The notes below the pieces were generated by a model, which saw only the letters and a list, made by a program, of their open reading frames with translations, was not told the origin of the DNA and searched no databases. From NCBI GenBank assembly GCA_035314925.1, contig DATFYT010000262.1:7476-71475 (forward strand): 64,000 bases of DNA. Direction: 5' to 3'. Below, piece after piece: positions 53,992-64,000 of the stretch. Every line of letters starts with the position of its first letter. Within the stretch, counting starts at the first letter, position 1. Both the position numbers and the translations under genes were made by a program. The DNA is from Mycobacterium sp. Its GTDB lineage: Bacteria; Actinomycetota; Actinomycetes; Mycobacteriales; Mycobacteriaceae.

Positions 53992-55410
53992 TTGAGTAGT
54001 CGAGCGCTAGCGACTACACCACCGGAGGTGGGTGTGCACGAGTCGTCGATCGGCATCGCGTCTGGGGATCGCGCAAGCGAGCGGGTTGTTGTTGACGTCC
54101 ACTCGCCGGCGGCCCGTTGGATAGGTGCGCTGGCTCTGCTCGGCGCGGCGTGTTGGTTGATGAAAGTGATTGCCCGCGGCCCGATTGACCGGTTGGAATG
54201 GTCGTTGACGGTAGTGGCCGCGGTGGCGTTGATCGCGCGGGGTATTTTTCTGGGTCGCCCGGTCACAGCCGGGCACGCGATCACCGCTGTCCTCGTCCTG
54301 TTCGCCGGGATCGGCGCGCGCGTACTGTATTTCGATCTTCTCGGCGACCTGCTGATCGCCGGGTCCGGTCTGGCGCTGATGTGGCCCACGTCAGCACGCC
54401 GGCATCCCGGCGACCTGTCTCGGGTGTGGGCGTTGATCACGGCCACCCGTGGCGACGCGCTGGCGCCGTTCGCCATGCAGGCGGGTAAGTGCTACCTGTT
54501 CAGCGCGGACGGGAAAGCGGCGCTGGCGTATCGGACGCGCATCGGCTACGCGGTGGTGAGCGGGGACCCGGTCGGGGATGAGGCGCAATTCCCTCAACTG
54601 GTCGCCGATTTCGCCAATATGTGCCATACCCACGGTTGGCGGATCGTCGTGCTGGCTTGCAGTGAGCGGCGACTTCAGCTGTGGACCGACCCGAAGGTGC
54701 TGGGCCAATCGCTGCATCCGGTGCCTATCGGCCAAGATGTCGTCATCGATGTGTTCAGCTTCGAAATGGTTGGGCGCAAGTTCCGCAACTTGCGTCAGGC
54801 GGTCCAACGCACGCACAACTGCGGGATCACCACCGAGATCGTCGGGGAGCAGAAACTCGATGGCCGGCGGCGCGCCGAGCTGACCGAGGTGCTTCGGGCG
54901 TCCTCAAGCGGAGCGCACACCGACCGCGGATTCTGCATGAATCTGGACGGCGTGCTGGAAGGCCGGTATCCGGGGATCCAGCTGATCCTTGCAAGGGATA
55001 AGTCCGGACGAGTACAGGGCTTTCACCGGTACGCCACCGCTGGCGGCGGTAGCGATATCACCCTGGACGTGCCGTGGCGTCGCCCCGGGGCGCCCAACGG
55101 CATCGACGAACGGCTCAGCGTCGACATGATCAATGCGGCTAAAGATGCTGGCGCACAACGGGTATCGTTGGCATTCGCGGCTTTCCCGGAGATCTTCGAC
55201 GAGAAGCAACGCGGCCGGGTGCAAAGCCTGTTCTATTGGCTGATCCATCTGCTAGACCCGTTGATCGCGCTGGAATCGCTGTATCGGTACTTGCGCAAAT
55301 TCCGCTCGCCGGACCAACGGCGGTATGCGCTGGTGTCGCTGACCCAGCTGGTGCCGCTGATCTATGTGTTGCTGTCGCTGGAGTTCATGCCGCGTCGCCG
55401 CGGACTTTGA
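53992..55410 (+). CDS. MprF/LysX2-like aminoacyl-lipid transferase domain protein (Rv1619-like)
   Basis: N-terminal TMs, SGDPVG, GRKFRNLRQAV, PNGIDE and ESLYRYLRKF; start uncertain. Confidence 0.85.
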   Translation: MSSRALATTPPEVGVHESSIGIASGDRASERVVVDVHSPAARWIGALALLGAACWLMKVIARGPIDRLEWSLTVVAAVALIARGIFLGRPVTAGHAITAVLVLFAGIGARVLYFDLLGDLLIAGSGLALMWPTSARRHPGDLSRVWALITATRGDALAPFAMQAGKCYLFSADGKAALAYRTRIGYAVVSGDPVGDEAQFPQLVADFANMCHTHGWRIVVLACSERRLQLWTDPKVLGQSLHPVPIGQDVVIDVFSFEMVGRKFRNLRQAVQRTHNCGITTEIVGEQKLDGRRRAELTEVLRASSSGAHTDRGFCMNLDGVLEGRYPGIQLILARDKSGRVQGFHRYATAGGGSDITLDVPWRRPGAPNGIDERLSVDMINAAKDAGAQRVSLAFAAFPEIFDEKQRGRVQSLFYWLIHLLDPLIALESLYRYLRKFRSPDQRRYALVSLTQLVPLIYVLLSLEFMPRRRGL

Positions 55411-55414
55411 CGCT

Positions 55415-55960
55415 CTACGGCACAGCTGTTGGCGTCAGCGTGACGCTCAACTTGTCTTGCACGTTCTGCCGAAATTGATCTGCGCAACGCTGTTCCTGGA
55501 GCCGGTCGTTGTTGGCTTTCTGAATACAGTCGATGTAGTCGCCGCCGCCGACGTCCTTCCAGACGACCGTGTAGATCGGGATGAACGCCACGCCGACGAT
55601 GATCGCAAGGGCGCCCAGCGCGATGCCTGCGATCGCGACGCCGCCATTGTTGGCGATGCCGCGCCTGACGCGTCCGCGCCCGATGAATCCGACGACCACC
55701 GCGGCGGGTCCCACGACAATGGCAACGAAGACCGTCCAGACGCTCAGCAGCGCGACGATCGCCAGCACCAGCGAGGCGATACCCAGCCCGTTTTTGGGCT
55801 CGACGGGTGGGGGCGGGTAACTGTAATAGGGCGGCGGCGGATTACCACCGGGGGATGGGCCGGCCTGGTGGTGATAGGGGTACGGATACGGCGGCGCGGA
55901 TTCCGGTGTTCCCTCAGGTTTCTCCCGTCTGCCAGACGGGGGGTCCAGAGGTTCGGTCAT
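55415..55960 (-). CDS. DUF4190-type membrane protein
   Basis: Pro/Tyr-rich N-terminus, PKNGLGIASLVL and AIAGIALG; ATGA overlap with cydC. Confidence 0.82.
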   Translation of the reverse strand: MTEPLDPPSGRREKPEGTPESAPPYPYPYHHQAGPSPGGNPPPPYYSYPPPPVEPKNGLGIASLVLAIVALLSVWTVFVAIVVGPAAVVVGFIGRGRVRRGIANNGGVAIAGIALGALAIIVGVAFIPIYTVVWKDVGGGDYIDCIQKANNDRLQEQRCADQFRQNVQDKLSVTLTPTAVP

Positions 55961-57660
55961 GACTCGCTTCCTGGATTGGGCGTCCTGGACGACTGTTTGC
56001 CAGAATACCCGCCGGCGCCGATCTGTAGTTCGGGACATCGAATGTCATTGGGCAGGTGATGAGTAGCCACTACCACCGTCCGCTCGGCAGATATCAGACC
56101 ATCGTGTGCGCTGAGCAGGCTGCGCAGAATGGGTTCGGCGTCAGCGGCATCGAGGTGCTCGGTCGGTTCGTCGAGCAGCACGATCCGCGCGGGTGAGATG
56201 AGTGCCCGAGCGAGGAGCAGCCTCCTGCGTTGGCCTGCTGACAACGCCTGCGCGCCGCCGGGCAACACCGTGTCGAGCCCATCCGGCAGACTGGCCAGCC
56301 ACGTGCCCATACCGACCTGGCGCAGCGCGACGGCCAACTGATGATCCGGGCAATCCCCCCGCGCCACTAGCAGGTTGTCCCGGACGGTTGTCGCAAAAAT
56401 ATGTGCGTCCTCCGCAAAAAACCCTATAGCACAGCGTATTTCGTCTTCTGTGAAATATTCTAGCGGCGCCCCGCCCAGGCTCACGTCGCCACGCCACGGC
56501 GCCAGCAGACCTGCGAGGGTCATCAGCAGCGTCGTCTTGCCCGAGCCGCTGGGTCCGGTGACCGCGAGCCTGGACCCCGGCGGCAGGTCGACCGTCACCG
56601 CCTTCGGCGCCCGGGAGCCCCGGTACGCGGCGACCACGTCGTTGCCGCATAGCCATCCGGTAGGCGACGGATGAGGGGGCGTTGAAGCTGGAACCCGCGC
56701 CGCTATATCAGCCGGGGTCAGGTCGAGCAGACGCCCTGCTGCCAATCGTGAACGTGTCAACTGGATTGCAGCGGTGGGCAACGAAGTCGTTGCCTCAAAT
56801 GCTGACAGTGGCAACAGCATCAAGATGGCCAGCGTGGTGGGTGCAACCGAGCCCGCCATCCCGATGCCCGCCACCACCGCGCCCAATACGCTGACGCCGA
56901 TCGCCGCGGTGGGAATGGCCTCCGCGAACGCGGCCGGTCGGGCCGCCGCGTCGATGGCACCACCCCAATCACGTTGCCGGCGTTGCGAATCCCGGACAAT
57001 ATTGCACAACCTACCTGCGACTCGCAGCTCGGGCGCATGCTCCAGCGCAAGCATCGCCGACACGTCACGGGCGGAATGATATTGGCGCGCAACCACTTCC
57101 TGTGCGGCAGCAGCCCTGGCCGCTAGCGACGGCGCGACAATACCGGCGAGCAGAAGGCAGATCGCTAAAATCGCTGCGGCCGGCGGTGAGATAACCCCGA
57201 CGACCGCGATCGCCGCCACGGCGAGCACGGCCGCGACGCTGAACGGAAGCGCGGCGCGAACCAGCACGTCAGCCAGCTGATCGACGTCAGCGCCGACCCG
57301 TGAGACCAGCTCGCCGCTGTGCAATCGAGTAGCAATATCGACGGGACCGTTCGCCAAGCGGTGATAGATCAGCGCGCGGGCGCTGCCGGCGGCCCGCAAT
57401 GCGGTGTCGTGGCTGGCCAGCCGTTCGCAATAGTGCAGCACGCCGCGGGAAATGGCGAAGGTTCGGACCCCTACCACCGCAATCGACAGATCCAGCACCG
57501 GTGGCATCTGCCAGGCGCGGGTGATCAACCAGGCCGAGAGACCGGCCAGCGCCAGAGCGCTGCTCAGGGATAGCACCCCAAGCGCAATAGCCAACAGCAA
57601 GCGCGGGATTCGCGGATGCAGCAACCGCATCGCGACGGGCAGGGGATCAGACGCCAGCAT
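55957..57660 (-). CDS. cydC: Thiol reductant ABC exporter subunit
   Basis: SAWLITRAWQMPP, ERLASHD, GPSGSGKT, LSAGQRRR and LDEPT. Confidence 0.95.
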   Translation of the reverse strand: MLASDPLPVAMRLLHPRIPRLLLAIALGVLSLSSALALAGLSAWLITRAWQMPPVLDLSIAVVGVRTFAISRGVLHYCERLASHDTALRAAGSARALIYHRLANGPVDIATRLHSGELVSRVGADVDQLADVLVRAALPFSVAAVLAVAAIAVVGVISPPAAAILAICLLLAGIVAPSLAARAAAAQEVVARQYHSARDVSAMLALEHAPELRVAGRLCNIVRDSQRRQRDWGGAIDAAARPAAFAEAIPTAAIGVSVLGAVVAGIGMAGSVAPTTLAILMLLPLSAFEATTSLPTAAIQLTRSRLAAGRLLDLTPADIAARVPASTPPHPSPTGWLCGNDVVAAYRGSRAPKAVTVDLPPGSRLAVTGPSGSGKTTLLMTLAGLLAPWRGDVSLGGAPLEYFTEDEIRCAIGFFAEDAHIFATTVRDNLLVARGDCPDHQLAVALRQVGMGTWLASLPDGLDTVLPGGAQALSAGQRRRLLLARALISPARIVLLDEPTEHLDAADAEPILRSLLSAHDGLISAERTVVVATHHLPNDIRCPELQIGAGGYSGKQSSRTPNPGSES

Positions 57661-59293
57661 GTTGGACGTCACCCGCCCCTGCTACCTCTATGACGTGATC
57701 ACCGATTCCGACGACGTGTTCGCGGTGACCAACGACCACCACGGTGGCACCGGCGCGTGCCCGTTCGACAATGGCGCGCAGCACCCACGATTCGGTGGCG
57801 GCGTCCAGGTGGGCGGTGGGCTCGTCGAGCAGCAGCACCGGCGCCGATGAGCCGAGCGCGCGAGCCAGGCCGAGGCGTTGCCGCTGACCCAGTGACAGCC
57901 CCACGCCGCCGCTTCCGATGACGGTGTCCATCCCGTCAGGCAGATCTGCCAGCACACAATCGAAGCCAGCCGCCGCGCAGGCGCTTTGAAGATCACCAAG
58001 TTCGCCATACAGCGCCAGGTTGTCGGCGACGGTCCCGGGAATGAGCACCGGTCGCTGCGGCAGCCAGGACACCTGCCGCCACCAGGCGGTCGGCTCGAGA
58101 TCGGACACCCCGATTCCGCCCACGGTGACACCACCATTGGTGGCCGCCGTGATTCCGGCGATGACCTGCAGAGTGGTGCTTTTCCCGGCACCGTTCGCGC
58201 CGGTGAAGACCGTTACCTGACCCGGCTGGATCACCGCGCTGAGGTGATGCGGGCAGAGCCCATCGCGACCGGCGACGCTGAGCTCGTCGAGGACAATCAC
58301 GGCACCCCGCGCCGAGATCGTCCGGGTACCCGGAACCGCGACTGGGGAGTCCTCGATCAGCGCGAACGCTTTGTCGGCAGCAGCCCGGCCATCCTGGGCG
58401 GCATGGAATTCCACGCCGATACGGCGCAGCGGCCAGTACACGTCAGGCGCGAGTAACAGCACGGTCAAACCGGTGGTCAGGCTGATCTCGCCGAACACCA
58501 GACGCAGCCCGATGCTGACCGCGACTATGGCGACCCCGAGGGTGGCGAGCAGTTCCAGAACCAGCGCGGAGAGGAACGCGACCCGCAGTGTCGCCATGGC
58601 CGAGCGCCGATGGGCGTCGGCCAACTCCGAAATGCGGCGCTCCGGCCCGCTGGTGCGGCCGAGAGCCCGCAACGTGGGGATTCCGGCTATCAGGTCCAAC
58701 AGCCGAGCTTGCAGGGTGGTCATGGCGGCCAGCGCAGCCGCGGACCGCTCAGCAGTCGCCAGGCCGATCAGCACCATGAAGATCGGGATCAACGGCAGCG
58801 TGATCGATACGATCACAGCCGATTTCAGGTCATAGAGCCCAACTACAAGAGCGCTCACCGGGGTCAGGATCGCCGCCAGCAGCAGCGCCGGAAGGTAGGC
58901 GGTGAAATAGGGCCGCAGCGCGTCAAGCCCGCGGGTCACCACCGCGGCCGCGGCGTCGCGTTGGGTTGCCAACTGCCTCGGTTGCCGGGCGGCGACGGCC
59001 GTAAGCACCTGGCCGCTGAGGTCGGCGATCACCGCGCTGGCGCTACGTTGGCCCAGTCGGGCCTGCAGCCAATGCGCCACGGCACGTGCCGCCCACACCG
59101 CCAGCAGGATCGACAACAACGGCGCCCACTGGCTTAGGGTGTGCGCGGCTGGGTCGGTGATGACCCGGGAAGCGATGTGCGCCAGCAGGATCGCCGAGCC
59201 GATCGCGCAACCGGAGATAACTAGACCGCACACCGTTGTCGCGGCCAGGAAGCGGCGCAGCGCCGCAGATGCCCGCCATAATCGCGGATCCAC
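57647..59293 (-). CDS. cydD: Thiol reductant ABC exporter subunit
   Basis: TLPLIPIFMVLIG, LRVAFLS, FHAA, GANGAGKS and LSLGQRQR. Confidence 0.95.
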   Translation of the reverse strand: MDPRLWRASAALRRFLAATTVCGLVISGCAIGSAILLAHIASRVITDPAAHTLSQWAPLLSILLAVWAARAVAHWLQARLGQRSASAVIADLSGQVLTAVAARQPRQLATQRDAAAAVVTRGLDALRPYFTAYLPALLLAAILTPVSALVVGLYDLKSAVIVSITLPLIPIFMVLIGLATAERSAAALAAMTTLQARLLDLIAGIPTLRALGRTSGPERRISELADAHRRSAMATLRVAFLSALVLELLATLGVAIVAVSIGLRLVFGEISLTTGLTVLLLAPDVYWPLRRIGVEFHAAQDGRAAADKAFALIEDSPVAVPGTRTISARGAVIVLDELSVAGRDGLCPHHLSAVIQPGQVTVFTGANGAGKSTTLQVIAGITAATNGGVTVGGIGVSDLEPTAWWRQVSWLPQRPVLIPGTVADNLALYGELGDLQSACAAAGFDCVLADLPDGMDTVIGSGGVGLSLGQRQRLGLARALGSSAPVLLLDEPTAHLDAATESWVLRAIVERARAGATVVVVGHREHVVGIGDHVIEVAGAGDVQHAGV

Positions 59294-59313
59294 GGGCCCC
59301 CGGCTGCTCGTGC

Positions 59314-60354
59314 TCAGGACGGTCGCCTCGCCAGCCCGGTCGCTGCCGGAATGCGGTCAGCCGAAATCCGTTGCCGGAAAATCCAATATGTCCAGCCCTG
59401 GTATATCACCGTCAGCGGAGTCATGAGCGCCGTCACCCAAGTCATGATCTTGAGGGTGTACGGAGTCGACGAGGCGTTGTAGATCGTCACGTTCCATTGC
59501 TTATTCAGCGTGGAAGGCACCAGGTTCGGATACAGCGCTCCGAACAAAAGGATCACAACCGCCGCCACCACCAAAGCGGTGCACAGGAACGCCCAGCCGT
59601 CAGCTGCGCGTCGCCACACCAACGCCACCGCCGCCAGCTGTGCGACCACCGCGACCGCCAGCACCAGCCAGGTCCAATTCTTGCCGTGGGCCAGTTGCGT
59701 CCAAAGCCCAAAGCCCCCAACCAGTCCGGTCACCGGGAGTGACAGCCGCACAGCGAAGCGGTGAGCGTCGTCGCGGATCGCGCCCGATGTCTTCAGGGCG
59801 ACGAACACTGCGCCGTAAAAGAGAAACAGCCCCGCTGTGGCCAGACCGCCCAGCAGCGTGTACGCATTGAGCACGTCGGTGATTGACAAGTCGACGTGGC
59901 CATTGGCGTCCACTGGGAGCCCGCGCACCAAGATGGCGAACGCCACGCCCCACAGCACGGCAGGCAACCACGACCCGGCCGCGATCCCGAGGTCGGCCCA
60001 GGCCCGCCATTTCGAGTCGTCGACCTTGCCACGCCATTCGATCGACACCGAACGCACGATCATGCCGAACAGGATGGCCAGCAGCGGCAGGTACAGGGTG
60101 GAGAAGACGGCGGCGTACCAGCCGGGAAATGCGGCGAACATCGCTGCGCCCGCGGTGATCAGCCAGACCTCGTTGCCGTCCCAGACCGGCCCGATGGTGT
60201 TCAGCGCCGCGCGGCGGTGGGCTTCTGCTTCGCCGACGCCGACGCGCGCGAACGGCTCCATCAACATGCCCACACCGAAGTCGAAGCCCTCGAGGATGAA
60301 GAAAGCGAGGAACAGCAACCCGATGATGCCGAACCACAACTCCTGCAGTCCCAC
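59314..60354 (-). CDS. cydB: Cytochrome bd oxidase subunit II
   Basis: LEGFDFGVG and GPVWDGNEVWL. Confidence 0.97.
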   Translation of the reverse strand: MGLQELWFGIIGLLFLAFFILEGFDFGVGMLMEPFARVGVGEAEAHRRAALNTIGPVWDGNEVWLITAGAAMFAAFPGWYAAVFSTLYLPLLAILFGMIVRSVSIEWRGKVDDSKWRAWADLGIAAGSWLPAVLWGVAFAILVRGLPVDANGHVDLSITDVLNAYTLLGGLATAGLFLFYGAVFVALKTSGAIRDDAHRFAVRLSLPVTGLVGGFGLWTQLAHGKNWTWLVLAVAVVAQLAAVALVWRRAADGWAFLCTALVVAAVVILLFGALYPNLVPSTLNKQWNVTIYNASSTPYTLKIMTWVTALMTPLTVIYQGWTYWIFRQRISADRIPAATGLARRPS

Positions 60355-60381
60355 CGGTCAACTCCTTTCCGTCAGCGGGCC

Positions 60382-61854
60382 TTAGTAGGCGAACGACAGC
60401 GGCGCCACCTCGTCATCGCTGGATGACCGGGGCGCAGCCGGTTCCGCGTCGTGTTCCTGGGGCCCTTCGACGATGTACCGCTTGAGCAGCCAGAACCAGA
60501 GCACCGCCAGCACCGCGTAGAGCAGGGTGAAGGTGACCAGCGAGGTGACGACGATCCCAGAGGCGTGATGTGAGACGGCCTCGTGGACGGTGAATCGGAC
60601 CTGCTGGTCGCCGGTCGGATTTGGCACGACGATCCAGGGCTGACGGCCCATTTCGGTGAACACCCACCCAGAGATATTGGCCAGGAACGGTGCGGGAAGG
60701 GCCACCAGCGCCAGCCAGGAGAACCATCGTCGATCGGGTATCCGGCCACCGCGGGTGAGCCACAACGCGACCACCGCGAAAAGGACCGGAATCGCCAGCA
60801 GCCCGATCATCGTGCGAAACGACCAGTAAGTGACGAACAGGTTGGGCCGGTAATCGTTTGGGCCGAAGCGCTGTTGGTAGTCCTGCTGGATATTGCGCAC
60901 ACCCTGCAACGTCACGTCGTGCATTCGGCCTTCTGCAAGGAACGGCAGCACATAGGGTACTTCGATCACACGGGTGACGCTGTCGCAGTTGTTGTGCGTG
61001 CCGACGGTCAGGATGGAGAAGTCCGGATCGGTTTCGGTGTTGCACAACGATTCCGCCGAAGCCATCTTCATCGGCTGCTGAACGAACATCAGCTTGCCCT
61101 GGTAGTCGCCGGTGAAGAACAAGCCGACTGTGGCAATCAGCGCAACCCAGCATCCCAGGATGGCTGCCGGACGGAACATCGTGCGGGCATCCGAGTCCGC
61201 GACGGGGTGGTCCGTTGCGCGTTTACCAGAACGGACCAACCACCACGCACTAATGGCGGCGACGAAGGTCGCAGCGGTCAGCAATGAACCAGCCACGGTA
61301 TGTGAAAACGCCGCTCGCGCAGTGTTATTGCTGAGCAGCGCGCCGATGCTGTGCATCTCGGCGCGGTGGGTCGCGGGGTTGTAGTGGGCGCCGACCGGGT
61401 GCTGCATGAAGGAGTTCGCGACGATGATGAAAAACGCGGATACATTGACGGCGATCGCGACGATCCAGATGCATGCCAGGTGTATCAGCCGGGGCAGACG
61501 GCTCCAGCCGAAGATCCACAAACCGATGAAGGTGGATTCGAAGAAGAACGCGGCCAGGCCTTCCATCGCCAGCGGAGCCCCGAACACGTCGCCGACGAAC
61601 CGTGAGTACTCGCTCCAATTCATCCCGAATTGGAACTCCTGCACGATCCCGGTAGCCACCCCGATCGCAAAGTTAATTAGGAACAGCTTGCCGAAAAACT
61701 TGGTGAGCCGATACCAGGCAACGTTGTCGGTGACCACCCATGCCGTCTGCATGATGGCGATCAGCGGCGCCAAACCGATGGTGAGTGGCACGAAGATGAA
61801 GTGATAGACGGTCGTGATACCGAACTGCCACCGCGACACGTCGACGACGTTCAT
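60382..61854 (-). CDS. cydA: Cytochrome bd oxidase subunit I
   Basis: SRWQFG...YHFIFVP, QEFQFG, QPMKMA and GWVFTEMGRQPW. Confidence 0.97.
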   Translation of the reverse strand: MNVVDVSRWQFGITTVYHFIFVPLTIGLAPLIAIMQTAWVVTDNVAWYRLTKFFGKLFLINFAIGVATGIVQEFQFGMNWSEYSRFVGDVFGAPLAMEGLAAFFFESTFIGLWIFGWSRLPRLIHLACIWIVAIAVNVSAFFIIVANSFMQHPVGAHYNPATHRAEMHSIGALLSNNTARAAFSHTVAGSLLTAATFVAAISAWWLVRSGKRATDHPVADSDARTMFRPAAILGCWVALIATVGLFFTGDYQGKLMFVQQPMKMASAESLCNTETDPDFSILTVGTHNNCDSVTRVIEVPYVLPFLAEGRMHDVTLQGVRNIQQDYQQRFGPNDYRPNLFVTYWSFRTMIGLLAIPVLFAVVALWLTRGGRIPDRRWFSWLALVALPAPFLANISGWVFTEMGRQPWIVVPNPTGDQQVRFTVHEAVSHHASGIVVTSLVTFTLLYAVLAVLWFWLLKRYIVEGPQEHDAEPAAPRSSSDDEVAPLSFAY

Positions 61855-61879
61855 CTGCCATCTCCCTCGCGACAAGGCG

Positions 61880-61907
61880 CGTCTACTACGACGCAGTGTA
61901 GTAGACG
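61880..61907. promoter_or_regulatory. Inverted repeat upstream of cydA (10-bp arms) containing TACGAC-N5-GTAGTA
   Basis: cgtctactac-gacgcagt-gtagtagacg, about 25 bp upstream of the cydA ATG. Confidence 0.7.
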
Positions 61908-61954
61908 GCGGTGATCATCGCTATGAATTTGTCCGGTTGATCATAATCCTGCCG

Positions 61955-62551
61955 TCAGGCTGCGCCGTGCGCTCCACCCGTCAGGGCTTTGTCCATCCTC
62001 TTCGACGCGCTGCGGATGCCGAACGATGACACGATCTCGAAGGCGCCGATGACGACGAGCCAGATGCCGACGATGAGCGTCAGGATCGCCAGTGATTCGA
62101 ACGGCGATCCGATCATCACGATGCCCGCCAGCAGGCTGATGGCACCAAGGAATATCTGCCAGCCCCGACCGGGCAGGGCGGGATCGCTGATGGCCGAGAC
62201 CGACGTCGCCACACCACGAAAGATGAAGCCGACGCCAATCCAGATGGCTAGCAGCAGAATCGCGTAGCCCTGGCCGAAGTGGCGGAAGCAGAGCACCGCC
62301 AGCACCAGAGAGGCTGCGCCGCTGATGAATAACAGCACCCGCCCGCCGGCGGAGACGTGCAGGCTGAACGCGAAGACAACTTGTGCGATACCGGTAATCA
62401 GAAGATAGATGCCGAAGAGGACGGCGGCGATCAGGATGGAATCTCCGGGCAACAGCAGCACCAGGATTCCGAGGGTCAGCGCCAGTAGTCCGGATACCAG
62501 CGTCGACTTCCACAGATGCGGCAACAACCTTGGAACAGCAGTGGTTTCCAT
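61955..62551 (-). CDS. HdeD/DUF308 family membrane protein (Rv1624c-like)
   Basis: LLPHLWKSTL followed by six TM segments. Confidence 0.9.
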   Translation of the reverse strand: METTAVPRLLPHLWKSTLVSGLLALTLGILVLLLPGDSILIAAVLFGIYLLITGIAQVVFAFSLHVSAGGRVLLFISGAASLVLAVLCFRHFGQGYAILLLAIWIGVGFIFRGVATSVSAISDPALPGRGWQIFLGAISLLAGIVMIGSPFESLAILTLIVGIWLVVIGAFEIVSSFGIRSASKRMDKALTGGAHGAA

Positions 62552-62595
62552 TGCCGAAGTTTCCCACAAACGGCCGTTGCGGTGGAAGGTTTGCG

Positions 62596-63927
62596 TTACG
62601 TGTTGACGGCGGCAGCCTGTGGCGCATCGGCACGCACATCGCCGGAACCGGTGTCTGGTTTGCGGCCAACGAGATACCACGTGCGCATGAGGCCCTTGCC
62701 TTTGACCACGAGGGCGCCGCGCTCCTGTAGGACGAAGTCGTTCTTCAACCGCTGGTAAACCTCTTCGGGCACTTGGATCCGTCCCACCGAATCGGTGGAT
62801 TCCATCCGGGATGCCACATTGACTGCATCGCCCCACACGTCGTAGAAGAACCGCCGAGAACCCACCACGCCCGCGACGACGGGGCCGTTGGCCAGTCCTA
62901 TTCGCAGGGGAACCGCCTGGCCCTGCAAATCTCTGAGTCCGTTTGCAGCTTCGGCCATGTCGAGCGCGAGGTCTGCGATCGCCTCGACGTGATCCGGCCG
63001 CGGCTGGGGCACTCCACTGACCACCATGTAGGAGTCACCGCTGACTTTGATTTTCTCCAGTCCGTGTTTGTCCACCAACGCGTCGAAGTCGCTGTACAGC
63101 CGATCCAGAAATCGGATCAGCTTGTCCGGCGCCATCTCGCTGGCCCGCTCGGTGAAGCCGGCGATGTCGGCGAACAGTACTGAGGCGTCGTCGTATTTAT
63201 CGGCAATGATGTTGCGCCCCGGGTCTTTCAGCCGTTCCGCCACGCTGGCCGGCAAGATGTTGGCCAGCAACGCTTCGGACCGTTCGTATTCCAATTCCAT
63301 GGCCGTTTCGGCACGAACGATTTCGCGTACCGAGTACCACACCGTCGTGACCACCATCACGCAGCCCGAGATCGTCGTCACAACGAAGCCCAAAGACAAA
63401 GCCCATGCTGGCTGGACACCAGTGTCTCGGGGCACCAGGAACTGCAGTGTGATCACCAGCCCCGCGGCGATGGCTGCCAGGCCCGCCGCCAACACGATGC
63501 GGTCGATGCCCAGCTGCAACACCACCAGGCAGGATGCGACCAGAAAATAGAACTGCAAACCCGAGCCGGTGCCCACGATCCAGCAGATGACGAAGATCGA
63601 CACGTAGGCGGTGCCGATGAAGGTCAGCGGCGCGACCAGCTCGCCGAAGCGGTGCAGCGACGGGACGATGGCATAGATCGCGGCGCCGGCGACATTGATG
63701 GCGCCGGTCCACCAAAGATGCGGTGCAGAGAAAACCTGGATCATGCCGAAACCCGCGCTGACGATCACCGCCATCGACGTGGTGAGGTGCAGGATACGGC
63801 GCCGCCGCGCGATGCGGTCGGCGTAGTGCTGGCTGCGGACGCGTGGTTGCTCCCGGACTGCCGCTACGCAGTCCGGCGTTTGCCGCGAACCTGCTGTTTC
63901 CGTGGCACCGCACCTCTTAGCCACCAC
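62596..63927 (-). CDS. cya: Membrane class III adenylate cyclase (Rv1625c-like, 443 aa)
   Basis: Six TMs, LLANILP, LFADIAGFT, EKIKVSGDSYM, YDVWGDAVNVASRMES and VKGKG. Confidence 0.95.
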   Translation of the reverse strand: MVAKRCGATETAGSRQTPDCVAAVREQPRVRSQHYADRIARRRRILHLTTSMAVIVSAGFGMIQVFSAPHLWWTGAINVAGAAIYAIVPSLHRFGELVAPLTFIGTAYVSIFVICWIVGTGSGLQFYFLVASCLVVLQLGIDRIVLAAGLAAIAAGLVITLQFLVPRDTGVQPAWALSLGFVVTTISGCVMVVTTVWYSVREIVRAETAMELEYERSEALLANILPASVAERLKDPGRNIIADKYDDASVLFADIAGFTERASEMAPDKLIRFLDRLYSDFDALVDKHGLEKIKVSGDSYMVVSGVPQPRPDHVEAIADLALDMAEAANGLRDLQGQAVPLRIGLANGPVVAGVVGSRRFFYDVWGDAVNVASRMESTDSVGRIQVPEEVYQRLKNDFVLQERGALVVKGKGLMRTWYLVGRKPDTGSGDVRADAPQAAAVNT

Positions 63928-64000
63928 AGCAAAAAGCGTAATAGGTGTGCTGGAGATTCCCGAATGCGGTGTCAAACCAATTCCGGCGGCCTCCACGTCG

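Overview
GC-rich mycobacterial chromosome segment, apparently from a non-tuberculous species. Its backbone is collinear with M. tuberculosis Rv1565c-Rv1625c, recognised from protein motifs and my recollection of the H37Rv orthologues, not from a database search. The backbone order is: acyltransferase, ripD, bioA/bioF/bioD, bioB-bsaP, nrtR/nadABC, the his operon, bcpB, the trp genes, lgt, pyk, tesB, a lysX2-like gene, cydABDC and cya. Four non-backbone blocks interrupt it. (1) An mmaA2-like mycolate methyltransferase is inserted between bioA and bioF, flanked by a 52-bp duplication of the bioA 3' end and carrying a tRNA-Val 3'-end remnant. (2) About 14 kb before bioB, where H37Rv has prophage phiRv1, holds NAD-formate dehydrogenase, a bicupin, an aldo-keto reductase, a GntR regulator with shared operator-like boxes, a Tat cupin, a FUSC protein, the acetoin genes budA/alsS, and a His-rich membrane operon. 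The largest protein of that operon carries two PmoC/AmoC-like D-x-x-W-H...D...P-x-H metal-site motifs and is the top candidate for an undescribed system. (3) Between nadC and hisD lie a TetR/Zn-ADH pair, a small ORF, a 4-Cys PD-(D/E)xK-like protein and a ToxA-like methyltransferase. (4) Between hisI and bcpB lie an EAL remnant, a PknF-like kinase with a TPM domain and a lipoprotein. No rRNA, intact tRNA, CRISPR array, transposase or integrase was seen.
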